Source: Penicillus capitatus
Lineage: Eukaryota > Plantae > Chlorophyta
Length of the DNA stretch: 64,000 bases
Assembly: GCA_965649825.1 (NCBI GenBank)
Contig: OZ287709.1
Span: forward strand, 469,080-533,079
Direction: 5' to 3'
The notes beneath the pieces are model-generated. The model made no database searches. It had not been told where the DNA came from and saw nothing but the letters and a program-made list of their open reading frames with translations. Position numbers and translations under genes: made by a program. Positions 12,211 through 25,219 of this stretch are shown here, in pieces. Within the stretch, counting starts at the first letter, position 1; each line of letters begins with the position of its first letter.

Positions 12211-14896
12211 ATGCAAAAGTGGATTCTTAGATCGCCTCTGGGGGCCAAACCCATACCGTGTCGCGCACTGCCCATTTCGAAGCGAAATGCACAAGTCGCG
12301 AAGCTACGTGCCCAGCCTCGCGCACAACCCCGTCGTCGCCGACATCTTCCTACAACGCATATCGTCCGAGCGGAATGGAGAGGGAGGACGTGGAAACGCA
12401 ACGCTACGGAGTTTGCCGCCGAGTCTCGCGTCTCCCAAGATCTCGCTTTTGCAGCGGGTAAGGTGCGACGCGATGTTGACCGCCGTGGTCAGAGTCGTCG
12501 TAGGTGCATTTCAGCCGCTTGGTCCCTCTCCAACACCACAAGGCGTCAATTTCGCTCTCTATTCGCGTCATGCTTCCTCTGTGACGCTCTGTCTGTTCAC
12601 CGCCGAGCGTCAGCCGATCAAAGAATACACACTAGATCGGCAGGAAAACCGAACAGCGGACAATTGGCATGTGGAAGTGAAGAATCTCCCGAAATCGGGA
12701 ATTCTCTATGGGTACAGAGTGACGGGTGACGGAGGATGGGAGTCGGGAAATCGCTGGGAGAAGAATCGCATTTTTCTTGATCCGTATGCCCCTCTCGTCT
12801 CGGCCCGGGAGAAATTCGCTGTCCGAGATAACCGCGAGGCATTTGAGCACAAAGTGCGTCAGAACGCGTGATCCGATACAGACCTAACCGCACCATACTT
12901 TGCATGTCATACATAGGTGGGGAGTCAGTTTCTGGGGACATTTGATTTCGAAGCGGAGCCTTACGATTGGGGAGACGATGACAAGAGACAACGCATTGAT
13001 CAAAAAGATCTCGTCATCTACGAAATGCCTGTACGTACATTTACAGCCGATCCCTCGAGTGGTCTCGACGAGGGGGAACGCGGAACGTTCCAAGGCGTCA
13101 CCAAAAAAGTGTGCCCGTCTCATGGATGGATGGTCAGGTTGCACCCTGTCAATGTTCTCTTTGCAGATTCCCCATTTGGTCAGCCTGGGCATCAATGCCG
13201 TGGAACTGCTTCCTGTATTTGAGTATGATGAATTGGAGTTCCAGCGTTTCAAGAATCCAAGGGATCATATGGTGAACATCTGGGGATACTCACATCTCAA
13301 TTTCTTCGCTCCGATGAGCCGCTTCGCAGCGAACGGAGAAGGGCCAACGGGAGCGGCTCGACAGTTCAAAGACATGGTTGCCGCGTCGGTCGTCTCTTGG
13401 GATTCCTCTTTCGGGACTGACGGTTGTGTCTGCTATCCAGATTCCACAAAGCCGGGATCGAAGTCATTCTCGATGTCGTCTACAACCACACAGCTGAATC
13501 GGATGACAAGACAGCCTATCCCATTTCTTTCAGGTCCGTCCGTCAGTGGCTTCCGAAGCCAGTCCCTCGTGCCACGAGTATATGAATGTATGGTGTTGGC
13601 AGGGGGATTGATTCCAGAGTGTATTACATGACAGATACGAATGCCTTCGTGCAGTTGATCAATTACAGTGGATGTGGCAATACCGTCAATGCCAATCATC
13701 CTGTGACCACTCAGCTCATTCTGGATTCGCTTAAGCACTGGGTGCAAGAATACCATGTCGATGGCTTTCGTTTCGATCTCGCCAGTTGCTTGTGTCGCGG
13801 TCGGTCTTCACCTGTCACATCATTTATGTCTCTCATGCATGCTTTTGATTTCAGATGATAAGGGCCAGCCAATTGCAGCACCTCCTATTATACGCGCCAT
13901 TGCCAAAGATCCCGTTCTAAAGGACTGCAAGCTGATTGCGGAGCCCTGGGATCTGGGAATGTACCAAGTGGGACAGTTTCCCAATTGGGATCGATGGTCC
14001 GAATGGAACGGTATGTATCGCGACGATGTGCGGCGTTTTGTCAAAGGAGATGGGGGAATGAAGAAGGCATTGGCACAGAGACTCTGCGGCTCATCCGATC
14101 TCTACCAAAACAACAATCGCAAGCCCTTTCACTCTATCAACTTCATCGTCGCCCACGACGGCTTTACTCTCTACGATCTCGTCTCCTACAATCAGAAACA
14201 CAACGATGCAAATGGAGAGAGCAATAATGACGGTAACAATGACAATCTCTCGTGGAACTGTGGAGCGGAGGGGGACACGGGAGATGAAGGCGTGCAGCGA
14301 TTGCGCCAGAAGCAGATGCGAAACATGATCGTCGTTCTGATGCTCTCTCAAGGAACGCCAATGATTTTGTGCGGAGATGAGTATGGACACACGTGCCACG
14401 GCAACAACAATTGGTATGGGCACGATTCACAAATGACGTGGTTTCAGTGGGCGAAGCTGGAAAATGGCACTGGCAAAGATCTGTTTAGATTTACATCCGA
14501 AATGATAAAGTTCAGAAAACAACATCCGTCGCTGGGACGCTATGAATTTGTCGGGTGAGCAGGCACAAGATATCTATACCTATGCTTGCCGCCATCGCAT
14601 TTGTTAGGGAGAGTGATGTGACGTGGCATGAAGATAACTGGGATAACGAAGAGAGTCGCTTCTTGGCGTTTACATGGCATGATGGAGAGGGCGGACAAGA
14701 GTTGTACTGCGCTCTCAACGCACATGCGTTTTCCATCCAATGCCATCTTCCACCAGCACCACATGGAAAGAGATGGTGTCGTATCGTGGATACCAATCTG
14801 CAACCTCCTAAGGATATCACACCTGGAGGGAACAGTGGCGTGGAACCTGTCTACACGATCGAAGCGTTTTCAAGTATTGTGCTAGTGGCCAAATGA
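12211..14896 (+). CDS. ISA3: Isoamylase-type starch debranching enzyme (GH13), ISA3-like, plastid transit peptide
   Basis: [51 protein letters not shown] (ISA3-type), [51 protein letters not shown] motifs across exons. Confidence 0.95.
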
Positions 14897-15466
14897 GCCG
14901 AATCAGCCAAATGGACGTTGCAAATGCATCCATGTAAAGAATCTTGACGTCGCGTCCTGTCATTTCACGTCGCCTCAGTGATTGAATGACGTGTGGGGTC
15001 ACGATCATAAGGGCGCATCGAGATTGTGCTGACGGGCAAGGCCAAATGTCCAGACGATGGATCGGATACGCTTAGCTGAAAAAGGGGTTCTCGCGTCATA
15101 AGACGGGTGGCTTCTCGTTTCCTGTCTTCCATTTCATTCGACGATCCGTCTTCTGGCGGTTACAGGTCGTCACATCCTTGCTTTCAACAGAACGCGGGAT
15201 CAGGATTACTCTGACAGATGGCGTTGCCTTGGCATTCCGTTGTGTCTGTACGGAATGAATTGTTTTCCATCTGGCCACAGGCTTCATCTCTCTTTCGGCC
15301 AACGCAGACGAGATCTCTGTCTGGTCGAGGTGTCTTTTGGTCTTGCATCCTTCCAAGAACGGGGATTAGCATCTCCTTCATTTTCTGTACGACGTGGTCT
15401 GTCCATTCGTGTCCCATCTGAGCACTCGACAAAGTCTTGTTGGGCCAGGCTCTATTCACTCCGATC

Positions 15467-16723
15467 ATGTCGCGCTCTCTTGTCGCATCTGTTTCTCCGA
15501 CGGCGCTGTCTTCGCGCCCAACGCGACGTCTGCTGCCGAAAAAGACGCGACAGGTCACGCTGTCTGCTCGGTTCGCCAGAGAACGGCCTTTCGAGTGAGC
15601 ACTCCGATTCTCACCGCCCACTCTACCGTTCTCTTTCTCTTCAGCTGGGGAGTCTATCAAAACAGAGCGCGTCCCAAGGGACGTGGAACGAGCAGCGGAA
15701 AACAGCCAGAGGATGACAATGCCGAAGAGACATCCGAAGTGGAACCTGCAGCCGAGGTGACACCGACGGAAGCGGAAGGCAAAGAGATCACATCGTCCGA
15801 GGCCTCGGCCAGTAAACAAACAACCTACAGATCTGATCACTTGACGCTGTTGAAATGGTGGAGGTGCCCCAAAAGCGAAACCAGCTGCACAGAATCCGTC
15901 TCCGTCTCCGCCGCCAGAAGAAACCGAAGATGCTGAAGAGGAAGATACCGTTGCTCCGTGGGTAGAAGACAGAGCCACCGATATACGCAAGTTCAAATCC
16001 TCTCTATTCAGTACTGTGGCAGGCTACGATCGTGGTTTTGCTGCCGTTGTATGTGTGACGTCACATCTGTCACACTTTTCATGTGATCGGTCTGTAGGCG
16101 AAAGACACGGCGCAGATTCGCCAGATCGTGGAGAGCTTGGAGACACTCAGCGGGTCCATTGACTTGACAGGCGATAGCAAAACGGAGCCCAGTTCCCAGC
16201 AACTCTTTGATGGGACATGGAAGTTGATTTTTTCCTCGGCCTTTAATGCAGGGAGTCGGCGAGTGAGACCATCCCCTTTGGGCTTCTCCCTGGGGCCTGT
16301 CTATCAAGTGATTGACATGCAGAAAAGAGAACTCGACAATGTACTCGAGCTGCTCTTTTTCAATTCTCCTCGCTTTCCCTGGACGCCCTCCAACGCTGTT
16401 CCCAAAATCCGCGTTGTTCTGAAGCATGAGATGAATTTCAGTATGTCCATTGTCAGCGTTGCATTGAAAGAAACCACTCTGCGCGTCCTAGACACGTTAG
16501 TTTCTATGCACATGGTCAGAAAGAGATGCTGAAAGTGTGATGGTGTAGGGGATTTGACATTCCCAAAGTGACACTGCCATCTCTGGCTGCCTTTGTACGC
16601 AGCTTAACGCGCCGCCAGAAGGATGGCGAATTCAGTCTGGTATATCTGGATGAAGATTTGCGGATCACGGAAGGCGATCGCTCTGAGCTACGTATCTTCG
16701 TTAAAGTTCCGGATCTGGAGTAG
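15467..16723 (+). CDS. PAP/fibrillin family plastid lipid-associated protein
   Basis: Transit peptide MSRSLVASVSPT..., then KSSLFSTVAGYDRGFAA, IVESLE, FDGTWKLIFSSAF, LGPVYQVID and the C-terminal FSLVYLDEDLRITEGDRSELRIFVK typical of PAP_fibrillin. Confidence 0.88.
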
Positions 16724-16973
16724 TAGATGCTCATTCCGCCTCGCATCTCCATTTCTGGCTGGCAAACCACAAATCGCATGTTGTGATTCTTTGTTTCTTC
16801 TTTTTGATGTTACCAACAATATCCTTGCATGTGAAATGACCCAAAAATCGAAGCGTTTGAATCTTATGACCCTCAATTTACAGAACAAGAACATGTGCGT
16901 CGTCATCGGCGACGACATCCCTGACGTTTGCCCCACGGTTTGAAATTTTCTTCCGTTTGCATACAAGAGGCCG

Positions 16974-18032
16974 TCAGGAGGGAATCTCCAATCCACTCAA
17001 CTGCAAAACCTGGTACCATAGTGAAGCATCGATCCCAGCAGTTCCCTCTGCTACAGAGATAGAAGATATCCTCAAGGACCCTGCAGCGATGCGGAAACGT
17101 GCCTTGTGATTTCTGAAGGATGATATCTTTGCTGCACGAGAGGATATACCAGCACTTTCGTTCGATTTCTCGCCTCAGTTGATGACGCACCCATTCTACA
17201 CAGCACACTTCTTCAAAAAGTGTGACCTCGTGGAGGCTAACTTACTTGAATAACCAACAATGAGTTTGAAATCCTCAGGAGGAATTTGATCGGCCTGTAC
17301 TTTTGTCTGGGCATCTTCGAATCCGCCAGAGTAAACGCCATCGACGATCTTTGCGGATTTATCCAGTTCGCCATGACTGTGCAGAACGTGTAAGGAATTC
17401 ATTTCCATAGGACCTCCGAAATAGATCCGTTCAGTCTGGAACTTCCCGGGATTCCAGCCACGCGTCAAAGCGCCCTCGAGCAGTACACTGGATGGATAGT
17501 TTAACACGAGCCCCATCGACTCCCTCGCGTCATCTATCTCACACGTCACATCACACCTTTGATGCAATACAGCACGATAAGCACGCCTACCGTAAGTCAT
17601 AAGAAGAATCACGGATCGATGGAAGAATCCCAGTTGATTGTGACGGCAAACAAGCAGGCATCCTCTTTCTGGCTGCGAGATCTCGTGGGCCCATGACGAT
17701 GTATCGAAGTCAGAGACAGTCCTCCCCTGTTCCATCGACACGAGCTTGGCACGAACCGATCGCCAGTCGTCGCTGAGCTAAGTAGGAATTGAAGGTGGAT
17801 GAGGTGGGAAGGAGAGGATCCACACTTCACAGTCTGCAACGTCGTCGTTGTTCGGTTGGCCAACATCACCATGAGCCTCGAGGGCAAACCAGTACTGAGT
17901 CATAGACGTGCGTTTATTCAGAAGACTGCTGCTTTCTTTGTGCCTTGTGGATCGCCCATGGCGAGACGTTTTGCGTTGAGAAGACGACAGAAGACGACCG
18001 GCGTTTTCTGCCGGACTAATTTTTGACAACAT
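16974..18032 (-). CDS. YqgE/AlgH (UPF0301/DUF179) family protein, plant type
   Basis: DWRSVRAKLV, WAHEISQPERGCLL, FHRSVILL, GLVLN, IYFGGP, KIVDGVYSGG, FKLIVGYS(S)W..QLRREIERKCWY, LWYQVLQL. Confidence 0.85.
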
Positions 18033-18065
18033 CAAAACGAACACCTCTGCGTCAAATGATTCATC

Positions 18066-19038
18066 ATGTGGCTTTTTGTACTCGGCTGTGCTCTGCTATG
18101 GACGAACGCGGCGACGCAGCCAATGGGATTCGCCAATCAGCCCGAAGAAAAAGCGCCTGTGGTGAAATCCGATTTGAAATTCATTGCCTGTCAAAGCTGC
18201 GAAACCCTGATTGGCAAAGCGGATGAATGGGTCAGAGGCATGAAGCTTGAAGCCAAGCCCGGAAAGAAAGTGCGTCACACTTTGGTGGAAGTGTGATGTG
18301 ACAGGTCTTGTGTTCGTCAGGTGACAGAGGCGGATATCTTTGGTTATCTAGAGAAGATGTGTGACCCCGATACGGATGAAGGGGAATGGATTACTATGAT
18401 CGATCTCGTTGAATCGAATTCGGAACTTAAACTGGTCGACATGAACATGGTTTCACCATTGATGCTTGATTTGATGCATTTAAGGCTTCCTGTGTGAAGT
18501 TTAGGTGGGATTCTGTGGCACGGAGTGTCGGACAGTGGCTAGAGCTTGTACGGATTTGATCGAGGAGATCGACTATGATTTGACGGAAGCTCTGTTCAAA
18601 GGAGAGAAAGATCAGCCGACGATGCAACGACGTTTCTGTCGAGAGTTATCTTCTGTCTGCGCCAAGAAACCACCGAAGCTTCCGGCAGATCGCCCCGAGG
18701 GTCCACCATTCGTTGCCATGACGGAAGAAGACTACAAAATGGCGAAGATGATGCAGCAGATGAAAGAGATGGGATTAGGAGGGCGCGTTTTCGATCAGGA
18801 CTCCGCCCAACGGTTCATCGACGAGCACTCCGGCGTGGAGGACGAAGATGAAGACGACGACGACACAAAAGAACGCGTAGAGAAGGAAGAGGTGCTTTCC
18901 AGACGGCCCTCGTGGTCAGATGCTCTTCAATGGGCACAGAAGGAGGTTGGAAAGACACTGACCTCTGGGTTGGAATCGGCTCGGGATTTGTACGATCGAT
19001 GGACGGAACGATTTCGAAAAGATAAGAGAGAACTGTAA
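18066..19038 (+). CDS. Canopy/MSAP (saposin-like) secretory-pathway protein
   Basis: Signal peptide, DLKFIACQSC, LEKMCDP...EGEWI, CGTECRTVARAC, FCRELSSVC; acidic tail ending KREL (KDEL-like). Confidence 0.8.
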
Positions 19039-19188
19039 ATTAAGGAAGGGCATGTTGCCATCTCCCAAGGAGCAACAACTGGATTCGTTCATAACTTCAA
19101 TCTCATCGGTTCATTGAATGGGATACGGTAGGTATCAGACATTGGAGACCGTCTGAACGCAAACAATACTCAATGCTAAGAATCATCT

Positions 19189-20889
19189 CTAGATTTTGCT
19201 TTGGACTGTCTTGAACGAGTCCACGATGGCATTGGCCAAATGCTCTGCTTTGCTGGAAGGCAGACCTGCCAAAGAGATACGGCCATCCTTTGTCATATAG
19301 ACGTGATGTTTGTTGGTCATGTTCTCGACCTAGACAGACACACCAATAGAAGGATAAGTCGAATGGTCGAGAAGGGGGTATGGACCTGAGCAGGGGATAG
19401 ACCAGTGAAGGAGAACATGCCGATCTGGGACGTTACAAATGTCCAGTCCTTGTCTGGCATGAGCTTGACGAGATGGTCGTAGAGCACTTTGCGAACATTC
19501 ATAATACGTCCAGCCATTTGTTCCATCTCCATTTTCCAAGCATTGAAAAAGTCAGGGTTGCTGACCACTTCCGTAACGATGCGAGCGCCATGCACAGGAG
19601 GATTGGAGTAGATGGCACGCGCCAACTTCTTCAGCTGACTCAAGACACGGGGAGCAACCGCAGTGTCACTCACAACAAAGTTCAGTGCGCCGATGCGCTC
19701 AGCATAGAGTCCGAGATTTTTGGAGTAGGACTGCGCCACAATGACCTCAAGGCCCTTCTCGACGAAGAACCTCGGAGCGTAGGCGTCCTCCTCCAGCGAT
19801 CCGGTGGCGAATCCCTGGTAGGCGACGTCGAAGAAAGGCAAGTGGTTCTTCTTCTGACAGAGATCGCAGATCTGAGACCACTGCTCCTTCGTCGGATCGA
19901 TGCCCGTCGGATTGTGGGCGCAACCTTGAGGCAGACACACATGCGCACACATCCAATCTGCTGGCGACGTCTACCGTGCAGCAGGATCACCGATCCGTCG
20001 GGTGCGGCCTCGATGTCGGCGACCATTCCCTCGAAGTCGAGTCCCGTTGTCTTGGGATCGAAGTATCGGTAGGACTTCCACGGCACCCCTGCGTCCGAGA
20101 AGATGGACTTGTGGTTTCCCCACGTGGGATCGGAGAAGTAGATCGTCGTGTTTGGCATGAAGCGTTGAATGAAGGCTGCGCCCACACGCAAGGATCCGGT
20201 GCCCGACAGAGATTGGATCGTCACAATACGCCCCTACAATCTCACATCATGAGTTACCATCTCTATCCCAGTCCTTTCACCTCATTGAGGACGGGATTGC
20301 CATCTCCAAATAGCAAAGAGGCTGTCGCTTTCTTGAAAGCCGGCAGTCCGTCGATAGGCAGGTACTCTTTGTTCTCGCCCTTTTCCAACATCAGTTGTTC
20401 CGCCTATCGGAAATCCAATCGTCATGTACGTCATCTACCGACGCGTCGCTTACTTTCTTGACGACGTCCAGGACATAGGGCGTGAGCTCTTCCGTGCGGT
20501 AGGCGCCGACACCCAAGTTGAGTCTGTCGGGATGATCGTCGCGCTTGAACGCCTCGGTAACTCCGAGAATCGGGTCCGGCGGCGCTTGCTCAACGGATTC
20601 GAGTTTCGATGTCATGGTGAGTGAAGCGCGAACAGCGAAAGAACGGCGCGAACGGACAGTAGGTCGAACACGTTTTGTCTTCAGAGACAGGCACGCCTGC
20701 ACGTACACACCACGTTGCCAAGCGTCACCCGGAATCCGACACGGAAAGATCGTCAAACTCGAATTCAAGAACGTTCCGCAACGTAGCAGCGTCAAGTAGA
20801 CAAAGGAAAGATGAGAAAAAACTGAACGTTGTGCAAACACTTACGCGTTTGTGCTGAGCAGTCGGCGCCGGAATTCGAGTAGCGAGCAT
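19189..20889 (-). CDS. Aspartate aminotransferase, plastid-type, full catalytic residue set
   Basis: [79 protein letters not shown] (PLP lysine), [28 protein letters not shown]; transit peptide in exons 1-2. Confidence 0.96.
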
Positions 20890-23030
20890 GAAAGACGACA
20901 TCTTTTCAGCGAACCCGACTAAATGCGATTGAAACCGACGACGGCTTGAGTTTCTGCACGTACCAACAGATTTAACCGCATGTCGAACGCTAGATCAGCG
21001 CGTGGAAGACGCATGTTCCATGCCCTTTGGCGACGTGGCCGCCGTCCGTCGCACCTTTTTCCTGATCATGTATCGCAATTTTGTTCAAGTTTCGTTCAAT
21101 GGGGGTTGTGAGTGGAGAGGGGAAAGACGACTCTGGTCTCGACGGTTCAAGGTTGCCGCGGTGAGGAGTCAGGGTCACCAACTGACCGTATCGACTTTGA
21201 AAGGCCGCTCAAAGTACCGCCTGTCCTGCCAGACTGAAGAAAAGGGCGACAGAATTGACCTCTACGATGCAGCACTGAACTGCGCCAGACGATGTCAGTA
21301 CAATACTGCCCAATCCCTTTTCGAGGAGCTGTTAGCAACTGACCCACACCTCTGCAAAGCATGGGTGTCTTATGCCCAAGCATGTCATCATCATCATTGC
21401 GCTGATTGAGATGTCGTTGGTGTAGATGATGCGACGTTGTTTTCAAGATGATGTTCATGAGGCTTATGACTATCCTCGGCGCATTTTGCAGCGCGGTATG
21501 CAGATCAATCCTCACAGTGGATGTCTAGCACAGGCATGGGGACTGTTGGAGCTTCGGAGAGGCAACAGTCGCGGTGCTGTGAATCTATTGGAGAGATCCG
21601 TCATACTCGATCCGTCTTGTTCGCCTGTGCTTAAGTGGAATCCTGTCCAGAAAGCCAAAGAGAACATAGGACCCAGAAAAAAGAAAGTCGGCAAGAGAAT
21701 GAAGCAATAGACAGACATCGCAAAGAAAAGCATGTGGTATTAATGGAAGTGATAGGGTGAACGAGATCTGTCGTTTCTTAATGACGCTTTCTAGTTGTAA
21801 CGGAGAATGAAATGCACAATCTGAAAAGCAGCAAAGGTGGTGGATAATATGCATGTGAATAAAAAACGGCTTGGAGTGGACAATCAAACACGAAACGCTG
21901 ATGGATATGAGAACAGAACGATTGAGAAAGTGGGAATTTCTTAGACAACATCCCCTCTTCTCGAAAACCGAAGAACGAGGAAAAAACGAAATGAAGTTTA
22001 TTCTCAAGCAGAATTGTAGACGATCATCTTATCTTGTACGCATCTGATCGTAGCAACGATGACTTCGGCAACGTGCTCTGTCGCATCCAGAGATAGGGCT
22101 GTCAATGTCAGAACACCATCGGCACCAAAATACACACGGTCTTTATCTTTTAGAAGGCGGACCTAGTGACAACATAGTCTATGGATTGATTAAGTGATGC
22201 GTGACACAGCACCTGGAAGGAAGAAAATCCAATAAACAGGTATATTCCACGCTGAGAGGACAAGTATGACCAATCCCGATTTGGCATCAATCGCCAAAGG
22301 TGATAGCAGATTTTTTCACGGACATTTCGGATGCGTTGATGCATGATTTTCAGAGCAGTCTTCCATTGTGCAAACAATTCAGGGTCATTCATGACCTCTG
22401 TGACATGTCGACTACCGTGAACAGGAGGAAATGCATACATGGGACGTGTCAAGAGCAACAGCTGGCTCTTTATACGATTGATCACTGCACTGTCGTCCAT
22501 CACAAAAATCAGTCCTCCAACACAGTCCCTGCCAAGTCCCAGATTCACGGAGTAGGACTGTGCTACAATGACCTCAAGGCCCTTCTCGACGAAGAATCTC
22601 GGAGCGTAGGCGTCCTCCTCCAGCGATCCGGTGGCGAATCCCTGGTAGGCGACGTCGAAGAAAGGCAAGTGGTTCTTCTTCTGACAGAGATCGCAGATCT
22701 GAGACCACTGCTCCTTCGTCGGATCGATGCCCGTCGGATTGTGGGCGCACCCTTGAGGCAGACACACATGCGCACACATCCAATCTGCTGGCGACGTCTA
22801 CCGTGCAGCAGGATCACCGATCCGTCGGGTGCGGCCTCGATGTCGGCGACCATTCCCTCGAAGTCAAGTCCCGTTGTCTTTGGATCGAAGTATCGGTAGG
22901 ACTTCCACGGCACCCCTGCGTCCGAGAAGATGGACTTGTGGTTTCCCCACGTGGGATCGGAGAAATAGATCGTCGTGTTTGGCATGAAGCGTTGAATGAA
23001 GGCTGCCCCCACACGCAAGGATCCGGTGCC
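19722..23030 (-). repeat. 482-bp near-identical direct repeat pair (19722-20203 and 22549-23030)
   Basis: Base-by-base comparison: offset 2827, 8 mismatches in 482 bp; the included 50-nt intron (19925-19974 / 22752-22801) is identical. Confidence 0.97.
21020..21710 (+). CDS. Short TPR/HAT-repeat protein, probably organellar
   Basis: AQSLFEELLATDPHLCKAWVSYAQM / RRILQRGMQINPHSGCLAQAWGLLELRRGNSRGAVNLLERSVILDP; one intron at ~21380-21425; R/S-rich N-terminus. Confidence 0.75.
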
Positions 23031-23489
23031 AGAGGGTGTTTGTACAGATAAAGCACGTCCCTACATGACATTTTATCATCATCGCTCTCGTTGAATGTGC
23101 GCAGTTAAACGACTTTATGCAATGCATTCGAATCTTTCCCTAGGACAAGCTCAAGTGTCAGTCTGTTGAATAGAGGAGAACCGTCGAGCTGAGTGTATTC
23201 TTTGTCAAGTCCCTTCTTGAAGATTCTATCATCCGTTCTCTGCGCGAATCGTAGAGAGGCAATGTCAATTGCTGCAAGAAACAACGAAGGCACAACTCGG
23301 TGCAAGACGTTCATTTCGCGTGGTAGCGATTGTTGAGTATGCGTGTCTTCATCAGCTACGACTCCTCGCTTTGCTATATCCTCCCCGTTTGTGTCCAGGG
23401 CCCTTCCTATATTCGATGTCGGCCGAATAAACATTGCAAAGTAAGAGTCGGTCGGGGAAAACGTCGACTTCGTCGCATCGCTGTCCCAT
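22004..23489 (-). CDS. Second aspartate aminotransferase-like gene lacking the catalytic Lys (putative pseudoenzyme)
   Basis: Same exon layout as the neighbour: KEYTQLDG | GRALSVQTPSGTGSLR...HG | CAHNPTG...QSYSVNLGLGRDCVG...YAFPPVHG...FQ | VRLLKDKDRVYFGADGVLTL...TGA at 22004. The 5' end and start codon are uncertain. Confidence 0.85.
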
Positions 23490-24098
23490 CAAAGACAAAA
23501 ATATTGAAGAGACGAACGCGTTCAACTGACAGTCAAATTGACGAGCAATGCGCTCATCTGATAGAATAGCCAACTATGCGCGTTGTTTGCAATGTGTCTG
23601 AAAGAGTCCGCGCAGGCAAGACCCTCAGCGGTTTGTTTGATCCCACTTCTGCCACCAGGGCAATATCTCCCTCTCGTCTCTTCTTGAGTCGAGAGGGAGA
23701 AGATAACGTAGTAACATGAATAACAAGCATCCACGATAAGACCATCATCCATCTCGCCAGAGGATTGCCTCATCCGCTCTTTTCGTTCGGACAGTTACGC
23801 ATCTGTCCCTTTCTTTTCTATTTCTGATATTGTCTGCTCAGACATGATCGAGCTTGGTGCCACAATAAGAAAACAGTAGTGCAAGAGTTCGAGTCCTACG
23901 CAAAAGTCTGGATCTTATTAATCCATAGGCGGTGTTCAAAGAGAGATAACGTCTTCTGTCATTCCTTCAGGACGTCATGTTCAATAAGAAGACAGTCAAT
24001 GTCGCTGACGCTGACGGCGCCGTAAACGACGACTCGAAACTCTCATGTCGATGTGACGCTTCTCCAAAAGCTGCTGGACATTTGATACCCGATCGGTC

Positions 24099-25211
24099 AT
24101 GAATGAAGTGCATATGCCGTTGTCGATAAAACCTGACAATTGCTGTTGTGTTTGCCATAGTTTGAACAGATTTCATTAATTGGTGCCGGAACATATGGCA
24201 AGGTCTTCCGTGCCGTGCGGCGCGTCGATGGACGTCTCGTTGCGATCAAGAAGGTCAAAACGCGTCGCGATGCCGGCGTCCACAGCACAACAATCCGCGA
24301 AATCGGCATCCTAAAACAGCTCCATCACCCCAACATCGTCAGGCACGCTCTACAGTCAACTAACTCTCTTGACCCCTTGTGGCCCCAGTCTTCTGCAGAT
24401 CATTCCACAGTCCAAGAGCATACTCATTGTCATGGAACACATGGAATGCGATTTGAGACACTTTATCGCACATCGATCTGCCGCCATTAACGATGTGTTC
24501 ATCAAAGTAGGGGCCAACAGTGTAGAACGATGCCCGTGAGGATCTCTTACTGCGCAGAGAGTGATGTTTCAATTGGTCCAAGGATTGGCTTATCTGCATT
24601 CCAAACGCATCTTGCATCGAGATCTGAAGTCGCAGAACATTCTACTAGATCCCTCTACAGTAGTCGCCAAGATCGCCGATTTTGGACTGGCCAGAACATT
24701 CAGTCTGCCATCCAGAGCTTACACACATGAAGTTGTGACGCTGTGGTATCGTGCGCCCGAGATACTGATGGGTATGGAGACCTACAGTTGTGCCATTGAT
24801 GTCTGGTCTCTTGGCTGCATCTTTGCTGAGCTGACGTCTGGCTGCCCTCCCTTTCGTGGCGATTCCGAGATCGACCAAATGCTGAAAATCTTTGAGGTTC
24901 TCGGAACACCGACAGCAGCAGTTTGGCCTGGCGTCCAGGATTTACCGTTTGACATCGACCAATGTCCACAGTGGCAGGCCAAATCGTTAAGAACGATCAT
25001 GCATGTGCCAGATCCTCAGGCATTGGATCTGCTTGGCAAGATGCTCCATTATGACCCCAGAAAACGCATCTCTGCTGCAGATGCCATTCACCATCCCTTC
25101 TTTTCCAATCTTAAGTCTGATGTACCAGATCGAACATTACAACCCACAACACTGGCAAATAGAAATCACACATGTTTACCTGGTGTCACACTTTGCTCAC
25201 ACAAGAACTAG
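24099..25211 (+). CDS. Cyclin-dependent kinase, CDKA/CDK1-like with variant PSTAIRE
   Basis: MNE|FEQISLIGAGTYGKV, VAIKK, GVHSTTIREIGILK, HRDLKSQNILL, DFGLARTF, YTHEVVTLWYRAPE, GDSEIDQ, YDPRKRISA. Confidence 0.93.
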
Positions 25212-25219
25212 TCCATATG

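Noticed and set aside
15184-15996. 270-aa minus-strand ORF
   Set aside because: Largely the antisense shadow of the fibrillin gene; a small separate gene at 15096-15410 could not be supported.
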